Below are positions 39,441 through 46,777 of a stretch of 51,818 nucleotides of DNA, piece by piece (positions within the stretch are counted from its first letter, which is position 1; the number at the start of each line of letters is the position of its first letter). This stretch comes from a virus (Duplodnaviria; Caudoviricetes). The stretch lies in IMG/VR virus record IMGVR_UViG_3300027820_000005, positions 1-51,818 of that record; one strand, written 5' to 3'. Under the pieces are notes generated by a model. That model was not told where the DNA came from and did no database searches. It was given only the letters and a program-made list of their open reading frames with translations. The position numbers and the translations under genes are program-made.

Positions 39441-39784
39441 GCACGAAACAGCACCGCGAACAGTTCAATAGAGACGGCGCGTGGCTTCGGCGCGCACGCA
39501 AACACTACGCGCTCCTGACCCGCTCGTGGGTTGATGATGAGGCCGAACCGAGAGCGTTCCTTGCCCGGTTATACGTGGTTGCAGAGAGAGCGCAGGGGCA
39601 CGGCCTGTACTCCGAGCGCACCTGTGTTCGGCAGGTGATGTTCGGCTTGCTGACCAAGTGGAGGCAGAGTGACCAGATGTCCTGGTGGCCTTGGATGCAC
39701 TCCGATAAGCGCAGGGCCTCGCTTGTGGACTGGAGCATCAAGACGGCTTGGATTCGAGATGACGCAAGAAAGGTATCGGCATGA
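39437..39784 (+). CDS. Hypothetical protein starting MSTKQ (115 aa)
   Basis: ATGA overlap, AGGAG RBS. Confidence 0.65.
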   Translation: MSTKQHREQFNRDGAWLRRARKHYALLTRSWVDDEAEPRAFLARLYVVAERAQGHGLYSERTCVRQVMFGLLTKWRQSDQMSWWPWMHSDKRRASLVDWSIKTAWIRDDARKVSA

Positions 39785-40074
39785 GCACGAAACAGGACTG
39801 GACGCCGGAGCCGGGCGACTACCGGCTGGTCTTGACCGAGCACGGATGGACGTGGGAGGGGTGTCCCGCCAACGACGCCGGTCAGAAGACCGTCGAGTGG
39901 GCATCGGCATCGTTGCGCGCCCTCGCTGGCCTGAACCCCGAGGGGGTGGCCGAAGCGGTGGCGGCGCTGCGGTGGGTGATTGATGCGGCAGAGGAGGGCA
40001 TCCCTGAGGCGGCCATTCTCATTGCAGCCGAGAGAGCCCGAGATGCGCTGGAAGGGCTGGGGGTGGAGCCGTGA
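39781..40074 (+). CDS. Hypothetical protein starting MSTKQ (97 aa)
   Basis: ATGA overlap. Confidence 0.65.
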   Translation: MSTKQDWTPEPGDYRLVLTEHGWTWEGCPANDAGQKTVEWASASLRALAGLNPEGVAEAVAALRWVIDAAEEGIPEAAILIAAERARDALEGLGVEP

Positions 40075-40307
40075 GCCTCCCTCGCTGGACCGGTAGGCAC
40101 TCGCCCGTCCTCCTGCGCCGCGCCGAGGATGGCGAGGTGGTTAGGTACGAGGATGCCGCCGCCCGGATAGCCGAGCTGGAGGAGGCGCTGCGCGGATGTG
40201 AAAAGCTCATCGGGGACCTGTTCACCCAAGGCATCGGAGACCTAAGCCTGCTCACGGCGCGCAGCTCGCACCTGCGCGCCGTCCTGGAGAAAGGCAAGCC
40301 GACGTGA
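40071..40307 (+). CDS. Ead/Ea22-like small coiled-coil protein (78 aa)
   Basis: ARIAELEEAL..RAVLEKGKPT. Confidence 0.65.
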   Translation: MSLPRWTGRHSPVLLRRAEDGEVVRYEDAAARIAELEEALRGCEKLIGDLFTQGIGDLSLLTARSSHLRAVLEKGKPT

Positions 40308-40401
40308 TTGACCGCGACGAGCTAGTGCAGATGTCGCGCACTTGTCCGACACGCCGGGCATAGCTACCGCCGCGCTGGAAGGGCTGGGGGTGGATGGATA
40401 G
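40304..40401 (+). pseudogene. Probable deletion relic of an array gene
   Basis: GTGA-coupled start (MIDRDELVQM) is out of frame with an ALEGLGV tail that copies the 3' end of 39781-40074. Confidence 0.4.
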
Positions 40402-40588
40402 ACACGGAGGGCATCGCCAGTACTACCTGTGCGCGGAGGTCGACGCCCGGATAGCCGAGCTGGAGGAGGCGCTGGCGGAAGCCGTCGGCCGAGCGTCGGA
40501 GTTCTTGTCTCACGGCACCTACTACCCTCAGATTCAGTTCGACGAGCTACAACAGTGGCGCGCCGTCCTGGAGAAAGGCAAGCCATGA
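40394..40588 (+). CDS. Ead/Ea22-like small coiled-coil protein (64 aa)
   Basis: ARIAELEEAL..RAVLEKGKP. Confidence 0.65.
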   Translation: MDRHGGHRQYYLCAEVDARIAELEEALAEAVGRASEFLSHGTYYPQIQFDELQQWRAVLEKGKP

Positions 40589-40839
40589 CCTGTACCGAGT
40601 GCTCATGCAACCCGAGCGAGTGCCTTGCTGCGTCCGACGGGCAAGGGCGGCGGATTCGAGAGCTGGAAGCCGCGCTGCGCTCAATCAACGGCGTAGTGAC
40701 CCGAGCCGTCGCGGAGCATGTGCGAGACCCGAGCGCGGACAGCTACGCCGAGGGCGAGTATGACCGTCGCCTAGTCCGCATGCAAAAGGCCGTGACGGCC
40801 ATCACCCGCGTCACCCTGGAGAAAGGCAAGCCGACGTGA
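40585..40839 (+). CDS. Ead/Ea22-like small protein with Cys-rich N-terminus (84 aa)
   Basis: RRIRELEAAL..LEKGKPT; ATGA overlap. Confidence 0.65.
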   Translation: MTCTECSCNPSECLAASDGQGRRIRELEAALRSINGVVTRAVAEHVRDPSADSYAEGEYDRRLVRMQKAVTAITRVTLEKGKPT

Positions 40840-41039
40840 ACAAGCCGACCTGGCCGCCGATTAGATGCACGCGCTGCGGCGGCAACATCTACATCGAGCT
40901 GATAGACGAAGGCACATCTTGGAATTCGCACCGCGTCGTGGACTGTATCAGTTGCCAGGACTGTGGCGCGGAGTGGGGGCCAGGTGGCGAGCCGAAGGAA
41001 ACTGCATGGCTTGCGGACCTGGAGGACAAGCCGACGTGA
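40836..41039 (+). CDS. Zn-ribbon protein (67 aa)
   Basis: CTRC..CQDC; ends LEDKPT. Confidence 0.65.
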   Translation: MNKPTWPPIRCTRCGGNIYIELIDEGTSWNSHRVVDCISCQDCGAEWGPGGEPKETAWLADLEDKPT

Positions 41040-41094
41040 CCACCTACTTCTTCTTCTCCAACCCCACCCCGACGATGTTCAGAGACGAATCCGC

Positions 41095-41628
41095 ATGAAG
41101 AAACAGAAGATGGAAGCCCCCGACGCCCTCGGTCCGCGCTACGCGAACCTGATGCTGCCCGACACGGTGTACGAGGGCCCCGACGGCGAGGTCGTCGTCG
41201 CCCTCGTGTTCACCGAGCCGTTGTCGCCGGCTCCGAAGCGCGTGCACATCATGATCCCGGTCGAGAACATCGCGGCGATCGCGCGCGACATGAAGGCGGC
41301 GAAGCGCACGGGACTTGCGCGCCTAGCTCGCCGCGCCGCGGACGCGGCGAGCTCGAGCCTCCCGAGCGACGTGGAGAAGAAGGCGGACAACATCTTCCGC
41401 TCGCTCGAGCAGGCGCTCATGGAGCCGGGGAACGTCGGTCGCGAGCGGTACGCGGTCGAGCTCCTGGTGGACGACTCGCATGGCAAGCAAGTCGCGGTCG
41501 CCGCGGGCTTGCAGCTCCGAATGCGCGTGGAGTCGTTGCTTCCGGCGTACGACGTGGCGAGCAACGTCTCGCGCAAGTCGCGCTTCTGGGTGGCGACGGT
41601 GGGCGCGGTGCGCCCGGGGATCGTCTGA
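41095..41628 (+). CDS. Hypothetical protein (177 aa)
   Basis: ATG at 41095; coding-like codon bias. Confidence 0.7.
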   Translation: MKKQKMEAPDALGPRYANLMLPDTVYEGPDGEVVVALVFTEPLSPAPKRVHIMIPVENIAAIARDMKAAKRTGLARLARRAADAASSSLPSDVEKKADNIFRSLEQALMEPGNVGRERYAVELLVDDSHGKQVAVAAGLQLRMRVESLLPAYDVASNVSRKSRFWVATVGAVRPGIV

Positions 41629-41629
41629 G

Positions 41630-41869
41630 GTGGCCGGTCTCCACATCAGCAAGTCGCTGGGCTGGCTGGTCTTCTTCGGCTACAGCACGCGCACGAACGC
41701 CTTGCCCTCGCCCATCGGCCTCGAGCTCGCGACTCAGGGCTGGATCGAGCGGTACACGGTGCCGAACACCAACCACATCGCGTGGCGCCTGACGCCGGCG
41801 GGTCGCGAGCAGATCACCGAGCACGCGAAGACGTGGGGCCTGGACCCCAAGAAGGCGATCAACGAGTGA
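41630..41869 (+). CDS. Hypothetical protein, winged-helix-like (79 aa)
   Basis: LATQGWIE..WRLTPAGRE wing motif. Confidence 0.5.
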   Translation: MAGLHISKSLGWLVFFGYSTRTNALPSPIGLELATQGWIERYTVPNTNHIAWRLTPAGREQITEHAKTWGLDPKKAINE

Positions 41870-42093
41870 ACCGTCCGATTCTCGACTGTCTCGCGTGCAT
41901 CGTCCGCTTGGGGTGCAGTTGGCACGGCCTCTGCCGGAGCTGCTACAGTTCCGCGCGCAAGCTGTCCGTGCGCGAGCACCTCACGATCGAGGAGGCCGTG
42001 CGCCGGCGAATCGAGGCCCTCAACCCAAAACCGACATCCTATGAAGATGCTACTAGCCCCGTTCCTTCTCCTGCTCGCTCCGCAGTCGACTGA
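41866..42093 (+). CDS. Small Cys-rich protein (75 aa)
   Basis: GTGA overlap; CLAC..GLCRSCY. Confidence 0.55.
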   Translation: MNRPILDCLACIVRLGCSWHGLCRSCYSSARKLSVREHLTIEEAVRRRIEALNPKPTSYEDATSPVPSPARSAVD

Positions 42094-43642
42094 CTGGACG
42101 CCGCCCGACTACCTGTTGCCGGGCACGCAGGAGGCGTTTCGCATCGTCGACGAGGAGTTGCTCCCGTCCTACCAGCAGGCTCTCGGGCTCTTCCACGAGC
42201 GCGCGCGCACGACGACCGAGCTCTACCACGACGACCCGATCGAGCCGGCGACGATCTCGCTGGCGACGGACCGGCTCATGGCGGAGGGGCTGCGGGTCTG
42301 GAACCTGATCCCGCAGGCGCAGAAGCTCACGGTGAACGCCGTGAAGCTGCAGACGGTGGTGAAGGCGTACGGCTACGCGCGGCGCGCGTTGCTCGAATCG
42401 CTGGACGACGACGATGATAGCGACGACGTGGACCCGCCATCGCTGGGCTTCACGCCCTCGAGCTACCCGGTCGAGTGGACGGACGCGCACGGCACGACGA
42501 CCGCCATCGCGTCCGCGATCAACGCCCGCGAGGTGCACGAGACGGACGAGCTCGTGGTCGTCTACTGCGCGCAGGGGCGCGTCGACGGGTTCACGATCGG
42601 TGACGGGGGCTGGACGCCGACGCCGCAGGCCAAGCCCTGGTGGGACCCGGAGAAGACGCTGGTGATCATCGGGCACCCCGAGGGCACCACGCTCCGCGGT
42701 CTCCCGAGTCCCGGCTGGGGCTCGACGGTCACGCTGCAGGAGGGCGGCAAGTGGGAGGGCCGCGTGCACGTCGTCGACCTCGTGGTCGAGGCTTCGGGCT
42801 CCAACTGCTTCCAGATCGGGGACTACGGCTCGTCCGAGATCCGCTACATGGAGGACGTCAGCCTGGTCAACTGCGACCTCGTGGCGAACCCGCTCCCCGA
42901 GGTGCGCTGCGTCCGGCCGATCTCCGCCAACCAGGTCGACCTCACCGTCGACGGCGTTACCTGCAACATCCCGAATGCCTGGGAGCACTACGGTTACACC
43001 CGCAACTGCCGCAAGGTCGTCGTCGCCAACGCCTACGTCTACGCCACCGGCGGTCAGATATGGCAGGACGTCGGGCGCCCCAGCGAGGGCCCCTACCTTG
43101 GCCGCGGCCTCATCACCTTCCAGGGCATCGCGCACAACTTCCACCGCGACCCGTCGCGCGCTGGCTCCGGCCTCACCTTCGCCGGCGGCAACAAGGACGT
43201 CGTGGTCCGCGACTCGATCATCTGGGACAACCCCGACGAGGACCCCGACCGCGACTTCGGCTACGGCCTCGAAACCACCTGGGACGGGGGCTGGGACAAC
43301 CACTACGACCTCCCCTCCGGCCGCGCCAACGGCAACGTCCTGCTCGAGGACAGCCTCTTCCTCTCCGTCGCGCCCAACCGCTCGCCCGTCAAGTTCTCAG
43401 ACTGCGAGTCCGTGACCCTCAACCGCTGCGGCTTCTACTGGGGCGGCTCCAAGACCATCGACATCCGCGACAACGCCCTGCCCTGGAGTGCCACCGGCTG
43501 CAACACACCCGAAATCTGGGAGTGGGCCCGCGACGTCCTCCGAGCCGAGGGCCTCGACGACAAGCTCTGGATCCTCGACAAGGACCCGCGCGTCAGGCTC
43601 CTCGACCAGAACCTCACCCTCAAGGAGATCGACGAGTACTGA
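42041..43642 (+). CDS. Secreted-type beta-helix protein (533 aa)
   Basis: Signal peptide-like MKMLLAPFLLLLAPQ; beta-helix-like strands (VSLVNC, VVVRDSII, VLLEDSLF, VTLNRCGF). Confidence 0.65.
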   Translation: MKMLLAPFLLLLAPQSTDWTPPDYLLPGTQEAFRIVDEELLPSYQQALGLFHERARTTTELYHDDPIEPATISLATDRLMAEGLRVWNLIPQAQKLTVNAVKLQTVVKAYGYARRALLESLDDDDDSDDVDPPSLGFTPSSYPVEWTDAHGTTTAIASAINAREVHETDELVVVYCAQGRVDGFTIGDGGWTPTPQAKPWWDPEKTLVIIGHPEGTTLRGLPSPGWGSTVTLQEGGKWEGRVHVVDLVVEASGSNCFQIGDYGSSEIRYMEDVSLVNCDLVANPLPEVRCVRPISANQVDLTVDGVTCNIPNAWEHYGYTRNCRKVVVANAYVYATGGQIWQDVGRPSEGPYLGRGLITFQGIAHNFHRDPSRAGSGLTFAGGNKDVVVRDSIIWDNPDEDPDRDFGYGLETTWDGGWDNHYDLPSGRANGNVLLEDSLFLSVAPNRSPVKFSDCESVTLNRCGFYWGGSKTIDIRDNALPWSATGCNTPEIWEWARDVLRAEGLDDKLWILDKDPRVRLLDQNLTLKEIDEY

Positions 43643-43917
43643 TGGACGAGCAGGAGGACCCCATCTGCCCCGTCTGCGACGAGCCCGTGGATTCCGGCCC
43701 GTGGGTCCTCCTCAACCGCTACGCCTTCGGCACCGGACGCCACCGATGCATGGCCGAGGGCCGCAACGAGGACGGCGAGTACGACTGGCTCCAGGTCCCC
43801 GACGACCCCGACGCGCAGGAGGTCGCCACCGGCAAGGTGCTCCACTTCCCAACCTGCACCCTCCTCTTCTTCGAGTCCCGGATGATCGAAGTCGACTACG
43901 AGATGCGAGCCACATGA
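43642..43917 (+). CDS. Hypothetical Zn-binding protein (91 aa)
   Basis: CPVC..HFPTC; TGATG coupling. Confidence 0.65.
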   Translation: MDEQEDPICPVCDEPVDSGPWVLLNRYAFGTGRHRCMAEGRNEDGEYDWLQVPDDPDAQEVATGKVLHFPTCTLLFFESRMIEVDYEMRAT

Positions 43918-44108
43918 GAGACCCATCCACACACCCCAAGGAGTTCGTCGACATGCCCGGCAAGACACCGCCCGGCCTCACCTTCACCGACAAGCTCCGC
44001 TGGCTCCGCACCCGCGGCGGACTCATTCAGCACGACCTACTGCCAAACAAGACCCGCCAGGACGACGCAAACCCCTGCCACGAAACGACCCCCAAGAAAG
44101 GCTTGTGA
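43914..44108 (+). CDS. Hypothetical protein (64 aa)
   Basis: ATGA overlap. Confidence 0.5.
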   Translation: MRDPSTHPKEFVDMPGKTPPGLTFTDKLRWLRTRGGLIQHDLLPNKTRQDDANPCHETTPKKGL

Positions 44109-44148
44109 CAACCCTTTGCAAGTCGCATTTCACGCCCAGAGTGGGGGG

Positions 44149-44240
44149 TACAATCTCACACATCCCGAAGACGCCACGACACGTCTTCTCTCTCGGGGAC
44201 TCCGCGGCCGGCACCTCTTCGCAGCAGGGGTGTCGGCCGT
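44149..44240 (+). promoter_or_regulatory. -10 box followed by a two-hairpin leader
   Basis: TACAAT at 44149; GAAGACG/CGTCTTC stem and a 15-bp stem 44204-44218/44226-44240. Confidence 0.45.
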
Positions 44241-44249
44241 CTCCATGCC

Positions 44250-44501
44250 ATGAACCGAAGAGCACTCCTACAAGGCGTCCTCGCCACCGCCACGCTCGCA
44301 TGGGCGCCGCTCAGGCCCCAGAAGAAGCCGAGCCTCGAGTTCACACTCGGACAACCCGCGGCCTACGTCGAGATGATCCGACGGGAGCTCCAGGCCCTGC
44401 TCGACGACCGCGCCCAGACCGAGGAGTTCTACGCGAACCTGCGGCCCACGCCCGCCGGCATCCTCAACGCATCCAGCACCGGGTCCCCTCTCGATTCCTG
44501 A
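44250..44501 (+). CDS. Small protein with twin-arginine-like signal (83 aa)
   Basis: MNRRALLQGVLATATLAWA. Confidence 0.6.
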   Translation: MNRRALLQGVLATATLAWAPLRPQKKPSLEFTLGQPAAYVEMIRRELQALLDDRAQTEEFYANLRPTPAGILNASSTGSPLDS

Positions 44502-44720
44502 GCCAAACGGGTCCCCTACGCTTTCCAGAAGGGGTCCCAAGTGAGGGCTTCCAATTTTGAACGCGGGGGCAGTCACCCCCCCCTGGACGTCAGAGCGCGC
44601 GCCCCCCGGGCACCCCTGGGTGGGGGGGTCGGCCTCGGCGCAAGGCTGAGCAGGGACGGGGGAGGCACCCCCGCGAGCTGACGCTCGCTCGCTGCGCTCG
44701 CTCGCTCCACCGTGGAAGAA

Positions 44721-44736
44721 CGTTCCACGTGGAACA
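44721..44736. promoter_or_regulatory. parS: parS-like ParB-binding palindrome
   Basis: CGTTCCACGTGGAACA (reverse complement TGTTCCACGTGGAACG) matches the chromosomal parS family. Confidence 0.75.
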
Positions 44737-45056
44737 ACGCCAGGGGGGGAGCAACACCGCGCCCAAGGCGCACTTCAAGCCCGCCAGCACTCAACGAGGC
44801 CAGGGGGCGACGGCGCAAGGGACGGCGGCCATCCCGCCGTTCCCATCTCCCCATCTCTCTCCCTTCGGACCGAGGGGGCGTGCGCCGACTCGACCCGGTG
44901 CAACCGTGAGGCTTGTACGCTGGCGGCGCGGCGTAGCTCAAGGGCTGGCTGGCGTGTAAGACTTGAGCAAGCGCGGAAAGAACGGGGGGAATTAGTGTGC
45001 GGTCGGGGCTTGATTTCCCCTTACTAGGGTAGCGCCCCGCGTAGTGCTGGGTGCCT

Positions 45057-45073
45057 TGATCTTGGAGGATCAA
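45057..45073 (+). promoter_or_regulatory. Repeated SD-sequestering hairpin (copy 1)
   Basis: TGATCTTGGAGGATCAA, identical to 48474-48490. Confidence 0.7.
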
Positions 45074-45076
45074 ACG

Positions 45077-45292
45077 ATGACCGAGCAAACGATGCACGCC
45101 ACTATCACGGTCGACCGTGTGGTGGAGCTTCTCGAAGACGCCGGGAGCAGTCTTTCCAACCCCGGGCTATGCCTGGCTTGCGGAGAGGATGCCGAGGGCT
45201 GCGAGCCTGACGCCCGCGAGTACACTTGCGAGTGTTGCGGAGCGCCGACCGTCTACGGTGCCCAAGAGGTGCTTTTCATGGTGGTGTCCTGA
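45077..45292 (+). CDS. Phage early Zn-finger protein (71 aa)
   Basis: GLCLACG..GCEPDAREYTCECCG..VYGA; GGAGG RBS. Confidence 0.75.
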   Translation: MTEQTMHATITVDRVVELLEDAGSSLSNPGLCLACGEDAEGCEPDAREYTCECCGAPTVYGAQEVLFMVVS

Positions 45293-45528
45293 TGCGCGCC
45301 GAAACCCGAGCCACCATTGCGCAAGACCTTGCCGACTTCGTGCTCGAAGAGCTGGCATCGACCACGCTCCCCGATGACGGAGGCGACGTCGTAGACATGA
45401 TCGAGCGCATCGCGGAGCACGCCCGATCCCTCGGGATGCTCGACGTCATCGAGTCCGAGGGCGGCACCACGAGGTACCTGACCCGCCCGGCTTGGGACAC
45501 GTTCGAGCCCGAAGGGGGTGGATGCTGA
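45292..45528 (+). CDS. Hypothetical protein (78 aa)
   Basis: TGATG coupling. Confidence 0.65.
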   Translation: MRAETRATIAQDLADFVLEELASTTLPDDGGDVVDMIERIAEHARSLGMLDVIESEGGTTRYLTRPAWDTFEPEGGGC

Positions 45529-45752
45529 TGGATGCTCAGCTTGCAATGCAGGGGATCCCGGGCTCTATCATCGGGCCCGCCAAGCGTTACCGCTCGAAGG
45601 AAGCGGCCGAGCGCGCGGCGTCTGGCCTCGCTCTTGGTGAGCGTGACGGCTGGACGTACACGGCGAAGCGAGTCGGCTCACCGTTGGTGGTCCGTCGCTG
45701 GGTCGTCGAGGTGCGCGACGAGCGCGGAGAGTTCGCGGGGTACTGGTCATGA
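45528..45752 (+). CDS. Hypothetical protein (74 aa)
   Basis: TGATG coupling; 3' 65 bp duplicated at 46713. Confidence 0.6.
   Translation: MDAQLAMQGIPGSIIGPAKRYRSKEAAERAASGLALGERDGWTYTAKRVGSPLVVRRWVVEVRDERGEFAGYWS
45688..45752 (+). repeat. 65-bp exact direct repeat (copy 1)
   Basis: Identical to 46713-46777. Confidence 0.95.
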
Positions 45753-46033
45753 CCGCGCAACACACTCCGGGGCCGTGGCGACTGACGACGCTCCCCGAAG
45801 GGCGCTGGGTTGAGGTCTACGGCGGCCATCCCGAAGACGACGTGGCGCAAGCTGTCGGCGTTCCCAACGCGCGCCTTATCGCTGCCGCACCCGAGCTACT
45901 GGAAGCGCTGGAACGCATTTCGGCCATCGGTGAATGGCTCGATGATGACCAGGATGTCTTCGCTGCGTGCTACCGAACGTGGGTCATCGAGGCTCGCGCA
46001 GCTATCGCTAAGGCTAAGGGGGGCCGGGAATGA
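45749..46033 (+). CDS. Phage hypothetical protein of the HTPGPW family (94 aa)
   Basis: HTPGPW..NARLIAAAPELLEAL..ARAAIAKA. Confidence 0.8.
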   Translation: MTAQHTPGPWRLTTLPEGRWVEVYGGHPEDDVAQAVGVPNARLIAAAPELLEALERISAIGEWLDDDQDVFAACYRTWVIEARAAIAKAKGGRE

Positions 46034-46245
46034 GCACCCTAACCTGCGAGACGTGCGGCGCGCCCGCCGGGGCTGGCGGGATTGCTTGTCAGCCATGCTA
46101 CACAGCTAGACTTGAAAGCCTGCTAGCTACGCGCGCATGGCGCGAGAACGCATCAACGCGAGCCGGAGATATGCCCGGCGAATCCATGCTGGATACCGTA
46201 CAGCGCGAAGTCTCACGTATGCGTAGCGCCGAAACCCCCTCCTAG
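46030..46245 (+). CDS. Small Cys-motif protein (71 aa)
   Basis: CETC..CQPC; ATGA overlap. Confidence 0.55.
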   Translation: MSTLTCETCGAPAGAGGIACQPCYTARLESLLATRAWRENASTRAGDMPGESMLDTVQREVSRMRSAETPS

Positions 46246-46292
46246 GGGGTCCGGGAACCGATGGCCGGGTTCCCGCTGATGATGGCAGGCCA
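46228..46292 (+). ncRNA. Type II hammerhead ribozyme with loop I / 3'-tail pseudoknot
   Basis: GCC-GAAA-[CCCCCT/AGGGGG]-UC-[CGGGAACC/GGTTCCCG]-CUGAUGA-U-GGC; loop UGGCC pairs with GGCCA (46288-46292). Confidence 0.9.
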
Positions 46293-46329
46293 ACCTACAC
46301 GCACCCTAGATACGACTGGACATCGAATC

Positions 46330-46557
46330 ATGACCGAGAAGACCTACAACGGCTGGACGAACTACGAAACGTGGAACGTGGCACTCTGGATCGGCAACGA
46401 CGAGGGGCTCTACAACATGGCCCGTGAAGCCGGTAGCTACCGAGCGTTCACGGGCATGATGCGCGACTGCGAATGCACCGAAACGCCCGATAGCGTGGCC
46501 TGGAACGACTCCGGGCTCGACCTGGACGCGCTCGAAGAAATGGTGGCCGAGCTGTGA
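46330..46557 (+). CDS. Phage early protein of the YNGWTNYETW family (75 aa)
   Basis: TYNGWTNYETWNVALWIGNDEGLY..ETPD.VAW. Confidence 0.8.
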   Translation: MTEKTYNGWTNYETWNVALWIGNDEGLYNMAREAGSYRAFTGMMRDCECTETPDSVAWNDSGLDLDALEEMVAEL

Positions 46558-46679
46558 GACGCCGCTACCCCACTCCCGTAGACCGCCGCCTAGCTCGAGC
46601 TACGATCCTCTGGGCTACCATTGCCGGCCTGGTCTGGGCCTTTGCTGCCGGGCTGGTCGGGGGATGGTGGACGCTATGA
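46554..46679 (+). CDS. Small single-TM protein (41 aa; not in the ORF track)
   Basis: GTGA/ATGA overlaps; ILWATIAGLVWAFAAGLVGGWW. Confidence 0.55.
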   Translation: MRRRYPTPVDRRLARATILWATIAGLVWAFAAGLVGGWWTL

Positions 46680-46777
46680 CGCAATACGTTGTTGTCAAAC
46701 TCGGCGTCTACATGGTCCGTCGCTGGGTCGTCGAGGTGCGCGACGAGCGCGGAGAGTTCGCGGGGTACTGGTCATGA
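46676..46777 (+). CDS. 33-aa peptide sharing its C-terminus with 45528-45752
   Basis: MTQYVVVKLGVYMVRRWVVEVRDERGEFAGYWS; ATGA overlaps at both ends. Confidence 0.5.
   Translation: MTQYVVVKLGVYMVRRWVVEVRDERGEFAGYWS
46713..46777 (+). repeat. 65-bp exact direct repeat (copy 2)
   Basis: Identical to 45688-45752. Confidence 0.95.

Noticed and set aside
39101-41039. Repeats as a CRISPR array or diversity-generating retroelement
   Set aside because: Repeats are coding, of several kinds and irregularly spaced; no cas or reverse transcriptase gene and no adenine-specific variation
44502-45050. ORFs in the parS region (for example 44573-45097 minus)
   Set aside because: Low-complexity translations, no RBS, and dense cis-motifs indicate non-coding DNA
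44990-45056. Sigma70 promoter for the early operon
   Set aside because: No -35/-10 pair with acceptable spacing could be assigned by eye
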